A stretch of 61,948 nt of DNA, the filler included, from Dimargaris cristalligena (Eukaryota): NCBI GenBank assembly GCA_003614675.1. It is 2 parts of 2 records of this genome, joined end to end, with 100 filler letters (N's around TTAATTAATTAA, not from the genome) between each part and the next. Parts side by side here need not be neighbours in the genome. Positions count along the whole stretch, not along the records: positions 1 to 30,936 come from ML002448.1; 1 more part is not named here. One strand, given 5' to 3'. How positions within the stretch are numbered: position 1 is the first letter of the stretch; each line of letters starts with the position of its first letter. The translations under genes were made by a program, and so were the position numbers. Below, piece after piece: positions 1-11,786 of this stretch. The notes under the pieces are model-generated. The model made no database searches and was not told where the DNA came from. It saw nothing but the letters and a program-made list of their open reading frames with translations.

Positions 1-1370
1 GCCCTAGACGTGACACACCCCTGGTATCGGTATTGGCTTACTTTCCATTTAATGACCAATATATGATTTGGTTGAAAGTTGTTGGGGATCGTAATCCCGC
101 ATTTCTCCGATTCTAGATGCTTGAAAATGGGCAGCTTAAATTAATGCCCGGCCAACATTGGCAAACTAGTGCCCCTGGTATTCCCACACCAGCGCGATAG
201 CGGTCACCCGGGCGAACTAACGGAGGGGCGCCCCCTAGAACAATACGCAGACCTAGGACACATTACTACAAACTTTATTTGCAGTTGGATGGACCTTGAC
301 TGGGCTGTCCGATAATGCCTTTATTGGGGCAGTTACGTAGTGATGGTGATAGGCCCCTCGATTCGACTCAATCCGGTTAAGGAAATTCCGAAAGGGAATC
401 TAGCCAAGGGTCGTGTATCATGCGGATTCGGTAGGAAATAGGGAAGGTGCCGATAGAGGGGGTTACAACCGCAGTAACACCCCCAGGCGCTTGCTTCCCA
501 GAGGGTTGATAAAGATTCCAAGCACCATTGTATAGTCACTTTCCGTGCTGGGGTGCTGCCCACAGGTGTGCGAAAAACCGCGAAATGCGAATACTTGGCC
601 AGTGGGAAAGTGAAGGCCGGGGTGATAAGACCCACAGGAATTGCAGGGCGAGATATACCAGCGGGGTTGCGGCCAATGCCGGAACTTGCCGAGCCATTTA
701 CTATATTATTAATCACAGTCCAGCCTGATTGACCATAGTATTCTCCATTTGACCTGGGGATTTTGGATGGTTGGAAATAGGCATGTCCTGGGAAGCAGTA
801 TTACTTACATAAAAACCATAGGTCTCTGTCTATATGTAAGTGTACAGTCACCGTGAAAATAGTGACACTATAGTGTCCGAGGTCATCTCTAGACCCAAAG
901 AGATGGAAGCGTTAGGGTTAGATCCAAGGAAGTTTGGCGTGGGGAGCCGATTCAGATGGTGGGCATTGTGAATTATTGGACGAGAAGAGAATCTGGAATC
1001 CCGGGGGGTGTGGGCCGTGGGAGCAAACTGAAACGCCCTAGTGTTCATACATCATTGAGCCGACCCCCCTGTATTCTATAGATACATGGGGCAAGCGGAA
1101 ATATGTAAGTGTATAGTAAATACGGATACTTGGGGCCGGATAATGGAAGGTCTATCTAATCCCCGGAGTATGCCCTACTTCCCCTATAGAATAGTTTCGT
1201 AGACGCGCAATAGTCAACAATTTAGGCGGAGCTAACCTAATGCGTAGGTAGGAAGTGGATTGGATTGGATGTCCCAACCAGTGTCCTATGACGGGGATTG
1301 GCATGGAGGATAGGACAGCTGGTTGGGCTAGCCAGGGCACACAGCTCTATTAAACTATATACTACACTAA

Positions 1371-1415
1371 AGTAGAGTAGAGTAGAGTAAACTTAAGTAA
1401 AGTAGAATAGAGTAG
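1371..1415. repeat. Imperfect (AGTAG)n microsatellite
   Basis: agtagagtagagtagagtaaacttaagtaaagtagaatagagtag. Confidence 0.7.
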
Positions 1416-1832
1416 TGTGGTTTGGGGAGGCCGCCATGGTGAGCCAAATAGCGGAATTGAGTGACGGCCGGATGAGCCAAGAAAGAATCCGAGGATGTGC
1501 CTGTTCGACAGAGGCGATCCCTCCGCTCTTTTTCTTTCTTCGTCTTTCACTCTCACCCTCACTCAGCTCCCATACCTACATACAAATACAGCCTTTAACT
1601 CTTTCCAATACCCCCTCACCAGCCTACACCAGCGATTTTCATTAAAAACAGTGCCATACATGGCCATATACAGCACTGGCTGTTGCGTCTCTTCAGCCAG
1701 ACAGGCAACACTCCTTTCTCAAGAAAAAACACGGCAGCATGATGAAGGGTTGTTTCTAAAGCAGCCTTTTTCTACAGTACGAATATGGGCCGGATAAGGG
1801 ACTTGGTGCATCTCCTAGTGTGTATGAGCATC

Positions 1833-1965
1833 CATATGGGTGAAATTCGGCCCAGCTGTATAAGGTTTTAAATGATAATGTATGGGATATTTATTTTTAA
1901 CCAGTCATATTTGCTTCATCCAACGGATTTTTCGTTATACAGCTCGGTTGAACCTCTTCCATATG
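1833..1965 (+). mobile_element. MITE-like element, copy 1 (133 bp, ~31 bp imperfect terminal inverted repeats)
   Basis: Left end CATATGGGTGAAATTCGGCCCAGCTGTATAA; the right end reverse-complements to CATATGGAAGAGGTTCAACCGAGCTGTATAA. AT-rich non-coding core. Three further copies in the window. Confidence 0.8.
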
Positions 1966-3539
1966 TAGGCCCAACGAATCCCCCGGGCAAGGCAAGCCAG
2001 GACTTACTAAGCCGAGGATCGAGCGGAATCGGCTGATGGATAAGGTGCGGCCGGGTTATAAAGTCGATACTATGCCGGATGATCGGTAATATGAAGACGG
2101 CCATGAATGGCGAGCCGAGACTGGATGGATAGCCGCGCCCCCTTATCGTTGACCTGAAGCTGGACGCCGATTAAGCTAATGGAGGTAACATTAGGGGAGA
2201 AAGGGCGCCACTATCGGCGGCCATGTCTTTGTGGAAAATAGCATATCAGTAAACACCAGATCCAGTGGCACGGAAGACCGTTTTGGCTGGGGAAAACTAG
2301 CCAACCGCAACTGAAGATTTAATCAGACGCGACCAGTGTGGTAACGGATGGTTGGCCCTCCATAGGCGAACGACGAGTATAGCTGCTATCGCCGTAATGG
2401 CTCAAATAAGAGGGAGGAGAAGATAGGAGGACGGGTGTGGATCGCCCGCCCGTGGGGCTGTCGGATTGGTGCTCGTGGTATCAATTGAAAGTGAAAGTGA
2501 AAGTGAAAATGGAACGGCATATACAGAGGGAGGAAGAGGAGGAGGAGTTCCCCATTGTTGGGTTGGGAAGGCGAGAGGCTATACGCGCAACCCGGATAAT
2601 CCACCCAGGCGTGCATATATGCTATGCGAATGAGACTATAAAAGCCCCACTCCGCCCTTCCCGTCCTGTTGCTGCTTTTTTAACCGTCCCTCTTTTAACC
2701 GTCTGTCTTTCGTTTCCTAATTACTAAATACTATTATTATCCTTCTCATCATTATTATTATTAGTATAAGTGTATATTCTCTGGAATAGGCCCATTGGTT
2801 CCCTCCGGCTCTTAGTATATCTCTGGAATAACACCACCGCCCACCTTGACTTGCCCATTCACCCCCCGAGGCCACACTGTGTACTCCCCACCTTTCGCCC
2901 ACTCGCTCGATGTTTGGGAGCCCACACTGCTGTACCCATCGTCACTATTGTATCAGATTGCCATTAGTCTTCCCAAATACTCGACGCATACATATATATA
3001 TATATCTCCCGGCTGCACTGCATTTATCAGCTGGTGTGCCGTGAACCCTCTCACTTGACTGTCATCGAAGCATCCAGCGCTGTATGCACCCATCCTCCTA
3101 TTTCTTCTCTCACTCTAACCTTCTACTATATCCCCCCCTCCTTGTCGGCCGTCTCCTTTTTTGGCCTACTGTCACTGCATTAATGCGACCAGTAACGCCC
3201 GTACTTTTTTACAACTCCGCTGCCTCAGCCTAAGCTGCATATATCATTGTCTATTTCCCCCGCCTCCCTCTTTTCTCCCTTCTACTCCTTAATTCCAGAC
3301 CATCCGTGTCCTTCTCTATTTTATACATACCTACCAATACCACCCTTCCATTCCACTCCTTGTTTTTATTTACGCTGCTCCTATTTCCCTTCTTTATACA
3401 TACATATATATCTATCTATCTATCCAAAAACGCACATACACCCAATAATACACCCAGAGAAATACTAATTATAATCCCGTACCACGTCCCTGTACTGCCG
3501 GGTCCCGTTTACCCCCACTCGACCCTAGTTACACACCAC

Positions 3540-6500
3540 ATGCCTCTACTTGCTAAGCCATTGGGGGAGTCCGACTCATTCCCCCTGGGCCTAGGTCGCA
3601 CCGTTTCCGAGTTCCCCTCTAATATGCGCTCCTCCACCCCCACGACTCCGATTCCCCAGGTTAAACCCGAACTCACCCGAAGCCAGTCTGACCTCCCGGC
3701 AGCCAACGGTAAGCCTACCCCTCCCCACAGTTGGATGTACAGGCGTCCTCTTAAATATATCCATCAAAGCCCTCCCTCGGTATAATCGATCCCAAACCAT
3801 TCTTTCTATTTCAACCCAAACGTGGACTCCTTGGTGGCCACATTCATTCTATCGCCACCTCTTCACCTACACCTTCTTATACAATATTATATATATAGAT
3901 AGTTATTATAGAATACCCTATTATTTCACCTTCCCCTCCCGCCTCCTTATTTACCCTAATAGTTTATGCATAATCTACCCCTTATCCCTCTCTGGAATCT
4001 CGCATCTCATTAACCAGCTGCTGACCGCCTCCGTCGGGCTCGCAAAACCGCTTCCATGCTCTGGCCCTCGACCAGCCAAACTTCCGAATACGTCATTGGC
4101 ATCATGGGTCTAGATGATGCTGATAGCTGTCCATTGCGCCTCAGTCACTTACTCGTAGACACTATTGTCCGTCAGTTTACACTGTGTCAGCGGCCGCGCA
4201 AACACATTACTCCTACATGTACAATTGGTAAGTAGTAGATTGACTGGTTCACTCACTCATATTTTCCTCTTTTTAGATTTATTTTTTTGACCTGATACAT
4301 TAGTTCAGGTGGACTATATATATGTATAATTAGGCCATTATTACTCTTCCTCACCCACTGTGGGCTCTCTCGAATTACAATCCTCTGTCAGTGTGCTTCC
4401 GCTGGGCTTTTCAATGCTTCAATGTTTCAATTTTTTATTGTTATTTTTTGCAACCTTTCTGGGGTGCGGATACCTTTCCTAATGGTGTGTGTGTGTGTGT
4501 GTGTAGAGGGAACAGGGATGATCATTCTCATAAGCAGAGTCGTTCCCCGCTTTTTCGTTACTTTTTGTGCCGGTGTTTTGGTCTCTGGACTGTGGTTATT
4601 TCCAAATACCAACTGGTCTATGTCTGCTAGCGTCAAATTTAGCATACTCCATTGTTTATTTTGATCCAAAGGCACCATCCCTCTCCCCACGCTCCATCAC
4701 TATTCCCATTTGACCTTCGGAAAACTGTGAATGGCTGTTCCTTCGGATGGGTTGCCTAGTTAGTCCAGCCAACCTGGGCATGCCCGCCGATTAGATTTTT
4801 TTAATATTTTTTAATTTAGCCATTTGGTCACTAGCACTCACTCACAGAGACGAGTAAATGTGGCACAGGCTGGCATGGAAACCTACCCTTTCATTTTTAC
4901 CCTTCCCCTCCTTTATTGTGGAAGCCCTCCGCCCGAGAGAGCAGGTTTTCCTTGTCCCTTTTCCTTGTAATCTACCCTCCTTTGAGCAGGTTCATCCGGT
5001 CCAGGCGGATGTGTCCACACCCAACCTCGCATGTATCCAGGCGACCCCCATCTTTAATTCCCACCCCCCTGTCTGGAACTCTGCATGCTCATTTTTCTCC
5101 TTGACCGGGAGCAACAGTCATGCTGGCTGGAGGTGGGTTTGGAGTGAGTGGGGGGTCACTATGGGTCTGCTGCTGATGGATGGTTTTAATTTGCCTGGTG
5201 ACTGCCAAAAGGAAGGAGGGGTGGGTAAAAGAAACGTTGGTTATACGTCGTTTTCATTTCACTTGGCCATTTAGTAACCTGAGGCACTCTGGCATAGGGG
5301 GAGGGTCGATGGTTGGCCTAGTCGTCAGCTATATTGGCCGTGTCATCCATATATTATCTTTCTCATTGCATCAGATACCCCCGCCAGTTCTCCTCCGCTG
5401 ATCCGGGCTGGGAGCGGAGCGTGCAGGAGAACGGTGGGCTAGCTTGGCAAATGTCCATGCCCCTCCTTTGTCAGGACCTTGCTAATCCTTCTTGCATTAA
5501 TATTATTCCCGCACCATCCTCCCTCCTTTCCCCCTCTTCAATTGCATATAAAGGGGAGCCTCCCTCCTATTCCTTCCGATTACCATTCCCCTCCTTTGCA
5601 CTTCTCGTCTCTTCTCTACAAATTATTTGCTATATTGACCCTCAGGCAGATACATACCATACCTTTTATTGCGGATATTCACACCCCAGCCCCACTCCTT
5701 GCCGTTCTTCATTAATGCAGTTTCAATGAGTATTTGACTAACCTCTCAGCCACCCCTGATCGCTACATCGACTAATTCGCCTTATATTTCCCTATTTCTT
5801 GGATCTACCCTACAATCCTTTTCCTTTGTCTGGCGAACAGACAAGTGTAGTATGATCGGAGAGATCCACGGTACCCTTTACCCCATCTATTTAAACCACA
5901 TCGCTGACTCACCCTGCCAAGGTCCACCAGATTCGCTCCCAGCTCAGTGGCCAACCTGCCTTGACCATATACGCGGTCTTGTGATCTGCTCCCAGGTCAC
6001 TGATCTGTTGTCAGTCGCCCGCATCATTAAAGTCCTCCGACTGGTACTGGCCCAAGATATTCCTTTTGTATTGGCGGATTTCCACGCCAACGATACCAGT
6101 CAATCTCTCCTGGTACAGGCGAGTTGTCATTTACACGATCGACTGAATACGGCCACCCCCCCTGGCATCCGCTCCCTTGCTGCAGTAGAACCAACGCGGG
6201 ACACTGCCCATCTCCTGGCTACAGTAGCCTCCTTCTTCGAGGGCCGCTTCGTGTCTATACCATATCAGGAAACGGAGGGCGGTCGTCCGACCCTGAATCA
6301 TCGCGATACCATCGGCCTATTTAACCATATCCTCACCCTGATGGATCAACAGGTCTCTCCCACTCATCCTCTAACTGTTAATCATTCGTCTCCCCCCGAT
6401 TCCCCATCCGCGTATCTCTCGATTGTTCCTACAACCACCAACTCTTTCGTCACCGCCCCGGTTGTCACTCTACCCAACATGTCCGTATTTGCCCTCCCGG

Positions 6501-9500
6501 ACTCGTTTAGTGCTGGTTCGTCCTGCAGCCCTGACTCTTTAGTCCAGCAGCTGGCTGCCTCGACATCGGCATTCTCCCAAGTTGATCAGACCGAAGGCAC
6601 TGCGGCCGAAAACAAACCCCACCATTACACCACCACAGCTCGTAGCCCATTGTCTGGGAAACCCTGGTCAGCTTCATTGGACACTGTCGCTAGTGATGCG
6701 AGTGCCCTACCCTCTCCCGTTCCACCCACCACTCCCCTACCGATACCCAACACACCGTCGATGCCCCATGCTCGGGACTTACCACCACACCTTAAGCCGG
6801 CCCAGATGTTCAATCCAAGCGATTTTCCTCGTCCGAGGACCGTCGGTGATTTGGGCGTGCAGTTTCCTCTAGCATTCATTAGTCAGCGTGCGGTGGACCA
6901 ACCCATGACCGAGTATCGGGCTTGGATTGCTGCCAACCGGCCAGAATCGGAACAGCAGCCTCAGCGCCCTGTCGACCCGGCCTGTGATTGGGACTTGAGC
7001 CACGTACCTACCTATCTCCGCCCATTCTTATGCCAGACCAAGGTTACCCCTATGGGCACATTGCTCACTGTGGATTCTCTAGTAGACCGACTCATTGCCC
7101 CTCATTCCTACCGGGACCTCCGATTCGCCAACACCTTTTTGCTTACCTACCAACGGTTCCTCACCCCTGGCGAGCTGTTCGTTGAGCTCCTCCAACGCAT
7201 CCTGGATGCCCGATCTACCCCAAACGCCCCCCCTACTACGCCTCATTCAGCTACCCACCCCGTGGCCGCTGGTAAGCCCAACTCGGTCACCTTTCGAGTG
7301 TGCCACATTTTAACTCTGTGGGCCTCTGATTACTGGGATGATTTTACTGGGCAGTACTCATCGTCAGCCTTTCGGACAGGTGTGGCGGCTTCCGACGATC
7401 TGCGTCCCCTGTTACATGCTTTTATCCTCGACCCCAGCATGGTAACCAAGTACAAGTTGTCCTGTCGCAAACTGATGGAGGTGCTCTACCAAGATTCACC
7501 CCATTTACGTGACCAGTCTAATCCGCTTAGTTTCCAAGCCCTAATCGAAAACATGCGGGAGGAATCCCGATCCCGCTGCGCTTCCACCGCTGCCCCCAGC
7601 GTGGATTCGGTGACCGAAGCCTCTGAAACGGTATCCGCTCGCTCGAGTCGCGAGGTCTTTCTGTCATTCGAGGATTTTAAATACACTACATCTAACAATA
7701 GCTCCCCGACTACCGTGGGGCCGGAGGATTCTAGCGTAGGCGGTGGACAAATTCGCTCAACGTCCCAACCCGAATCAAAGTCGGAGGCGTTTCTACCTTC
7801 TCGTACCCCTGTCTTCGGTTCACGGTCGGCATTTGACTGTTTTGATCGGCCTGTTGTCGACCTGCAGTCCGAATCCCCCATCACCTCCCCCATTCTGCCT
7901 GACGCACCAACCTTTGCACCATTGATATCTCGTACCCGATCTCGCTTTAATTTGTCGCGCTTCTCCATGGTGCGGGGAGGCCCCGCAGGGTCCCCCCTAC
8001 CCTCCCCCACTACGTCCGCGCGGCCCTCTGTGGCCGAATCTGTCACTCCGAGCGTGAAACAGCGGGAGAAGACTCTTGCCATGACCATGGATAAGCTCAC
8101 CCGATCCTTCCAGGGCGCCAAAAAGGTCGGTAGCTCGTTGGCTGTTCGGCGTGGGCAAACATCGGTGTACCTGACTGTTAATCCCGTAGCCACAAACAGC
8201 GCCACCAATTTCCAGCCTGACCTGCTCCCTGCTTCGCTCTCGGCCAGCTGTCACAGTATTTCCCATGCCCAACTGGGCCTAACCCCAACTGCCACATCAG
8301 CCGCCTTCTACTCTCAGACAAGCGATAATCTATTCTCCCCCAATGCTGCCGTTGACAGTGGCTGCATAATTCCTGTTCCGCGGGATAGTGTACATGTCAA
8401 TGCCGAAGCTGATGTCAACCCAGAAGAGAGCGAGGAGGAGGAGGATGGTTCGGAGGAATACGCTTCCTGCCGCGATTATCTGCACCGACCAAGCAAGGAC
8501 ACCATCATGTCTGACTGGACCGATTTAGGCGATGAGTTGATTGGCGTTGATTTGGAAGGTAACGTCAATGGTACCCTGACTGACTGGGGTGAACCTGTGA
8601 AACCCAACAAATCCCTTCGTCTTATGCAGTTTTCGTTGAGCCGTCGCAGGAAATCGTCGGTTAATCGAGGCCCTAGCGGCGCCCAGACTCCCACTACACC
8701 ATCCACCATTGCGGAATTCTGGTCCCGTCTCGGTCGCAAATCATCCACCACTCCGGGGGGAGCCTTACTCTCCAAGTCATCGAGCAGCTGCAGCGAAGTC
8801 ACAACGCCACGTGAACTACCTCGGGAACTGTTCTCGGATGCGGATGACACTGACCAATGTAGCGAACTGTCTTCAGTAGTTGGCGCCGACGACTCCCGCC
8901 AAGCCTTGGGGAGCGGAAGCAGCCGAGGGTTGGCTAGCTTGACCAAAACTCTACGATTGAAGAACCTGTCCATGTCAATGGGTCGTCCGTCCTTTTCCGA
9001 TGGTCAGCGTCGCAAGGACTCCAGTGAGAGTATTCGCCGGAATACTCCCTATTACCCCACCCAGCCCATCAGCTTCCCTCTACCTCCCCTCACCCCTACC
9101 TCCAGCCTATCCGACGTTGTTGAGCAAAAGATCCGGATTCTACGGAACTATCCGCCCAACGATAAGGTCCAGGTGGACGCCAAATGCGCGGCCCAGCAAT
9201 TGACTTGTGCCGAAATCCAACTCTTTGTCGATATCAAACCTCGTGACCTACTGCGTTACTTTTGGAAACGGTCTGTCCCGCTGGTGGACGGTAGCGCCAG
9301 TGTGAATTTGTCGCTCTCGAAGAATGGGTCGGAGAGTGTTCCGTACATCAGCAAACGGGGAACTAAGCAGGATGCATTTGGTACCCTTGCCCCAGGGTTC
9401 GAACATTTCAACTACGTTGCTGACTGGGTCACCTCAAAGATACTATCCAACGTCCAGGTTCACCAGCGAGTGAAGGTTATTATGTATTTCCTGGACGTAG

Positions 9501-10072
9501 CTGCCGAACTTCTCGCCCTCAACAACTTCAACACCCTTATGGCGGTGATGGCCGGTCTCAATAGCAACGCCATTTACCGACTCCACCGTACCCGGGCAAT
9601 TCTGCAGGAGAACACTGAGTATAATGCTCTGTGGAAGCGCTTGGATGCCTTGACATCGTCGGAACGCTCCTACCGGGCTTACCGTGAGCGCCTCCTGGCC
9701 TCGCCGTTGCCCTGCATTCCATTCCTGGGCTGCTGTTTGCGGGATTTGGTGTTTGTCGATGAATCCCTACCCGAAAATAACCGGGATCAGCTCAAGGGTG
9801 GCATCTCTGCTCCTGGATCCGCCAAAAGTAGTCCGACTAGCACGGTGGTTCCAGCCCTCTTCTGGCGCAAGTTTGAGTTTGTGGGGGATATCATTTTGAT
9901 GCTTCGCAAGCAACAGCGATGCTTCACCAACGAGGAGTTCCCCCAGCACCAGTCGATCCAGTCCAACCCGACGGTGATCCAACTCATTATGGGTCAGCCC
10001 TGTTTGGACGAGAACGAGGCTCACGAACTCTCGTTGCATTTGGAGCCCCGGACGGTTAACGTGCCTCGCTAG
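3540..10072 (+). CDS. Ras guanine-nucleotide exchange factor (REM + CDC25 domains) with an N-terminal degenerate Ras-like domain; 3 exons
   Basis: Exons 3540-3708, 4018-4227 and 5841-10072 join in frame through phase-1 GT-AG introns (gtaagc..cag; gtaagt..cag). REM: DSLVDRL..FANTFLLTYQRFLTPGELF. CDC25: AQQLT..FNYVADWV..LNNFNTLMAVMAGLNSNAIYRLHRT..PCIPFLG. Confidence 0.9.
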
Positions 10073-11436
10073 TGGAAGGGGTGCCCTATATTGCCACGTC
10101 ATTTTTGGGAAGTGCTTTAGTAGGGCCTAACCAACTGTACTGTACTATCTTCATCTTAGCCTCCGCCTGTTCCCTGGCACCGCCTCGCATCATTATCACT
10201 ACTCGCTTTACCAAAGTTTGGTTTCATTGCATGAGGTGGTGCCCAGTCGGTACGCGTGGGGCTAGGGGGGAAAGGTGGGTTTCGTGTTTGATACATTATA
10301 TCCAACTATTTTCCATGTACTCTTTTTAACGCCGTAGTGTAGAGATTTGTTAATGGCCAATCAGTCGCGGCCATTGGCGGATAGTCGTATTCAGTTGCTG
10401 GCCACACTATTAGTCGTAGAAGGGTTCTATTTCATATAATTTGATTCAGTAGTATTATTTGTTAGGTGCTGGCCTAATTCACCTCTTACCACATTAATTA
10501 TTTTTTTTCGGCTTTTATCGTTTCACCCTCTTGGACGACCATTTATATGCTTTACGTTGAATGTCCAACCCTCTATTCGATTCATTCGCACCTAGCTCGT
10601 GTACACATCTTCAGTTGTTATTCTCATTCCATAGACGTCATCGAATCTGATATATTTCGAAATGGGGTTTACCAAAAGGTGGCTGTGGTGATGATAGTAT
10701 TTATATCGCCCTCCGCCGCATTATGTTATTGCTTATGCACTTCACGAATGTCCACCAAATAATCATGTACCCATTTGGTTAGTCATGCATCCCTTAGTTT
10801 ATTTCACGGCTTGCTTAACTGAATGCCCTAAACATGTAAATAAATATTTTATCAATATCAGCTGCAGTATTATATATTATTATTTTTATGGAATTAACCG
10901 GAAGATGAGGTATGGTACTTGGTGATATGCTGGGGCTATTACAATAGGCCCAATTTAGTCATCCAAGGATACAAAAGTAGGGGTAGAGCTTTTAGAAAAA
11001 GGGTAAAGGTAGTTTACAGGGGAGGCCCTAAGGCCACATAGATTGTCATAACTAGTGGTGACGCTTCTGTCGATAAAGGGTTCCGAAAAATGGTTTGTAC
11101 AGGCAACAGTGATTAGTTAGGTAGCCAATTGGTGTATTATATGGGTCAAAGCTCCGGTTGGATATATGGCCTATTTATAATAGAACCACGTGAATGGTAG
11201 ACATTTTTACGGGGTATACATGGAAGCCCCAAAGCAATACGAATACGCGATGGTTGTCGCGGATACCAGAAGTAACCATCCCCCGGAAACTCCGAGCGCG
11301 AATGCAGGGGAGAAATAGACTTATAAGAGAAACGGGAAAGGCGAAGGATTCTAATAGTGAAAAACACAGCATCAATAGACCCAGGATATCGTCTATGGTT
11401 AATTCGTCCAAACCCCCGATAGAATTACTACTGTTC

Positions 11437-11470
11437 CTACTACTACTACTGCTACTATTATTATTATTAC
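11437..11470. repeat. (CTA)n/(TTA)n trinucleotide microsatellite
   Basis: ctactactactactgctactattattattattac. Confidence 0.7.
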
Positions 11471-11786
11471 TCTGCAAAAATAATTCAGATGCGTATCTAC
11501 TTTATACTGGGGTTGAAGAACATCCTATTATTAAACAGCGCAGGCCCCTCAGATGGTAATAGCCGCCATTTCGGTAAACAGGAATAGTCTCTGGATGTAT
11601 TCGGATTTTTTTTTCAGTATTCCGTTGGCAGGTTAGAACCCAAGAACACAAGGTGATGAAGAGTTTCCAACTCCAATTCCATAGGAATCTCAGGTCGGTG
11701 GAAGTGGTGACAATCAGCAGGTCCGTTTCAAAAGCGATAGATAGTGCGATGTTAGAAGTGGTGGTTGATAAACGCACTAGGACTCT

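Noticed and set aside
1-1340. Possible decayed transposon or pseudogene (short ORFs, one minus frame interrupted only by TAG/TAA, a repeated ATATGTAAGTGTA motif)
   Set aside because: Stop density is about what chance gives, and I recognise no gag, RT, integrase or transposase motif.
7486-8973. Antisense ORFs of 165-240 aa within the RasGEF, and similar ones opposite TRS65, CLPTM1, SEC7 and PRP2
   Set aside because: Expected shadows of GC-rich coding sequence; no independent motifs or start context.
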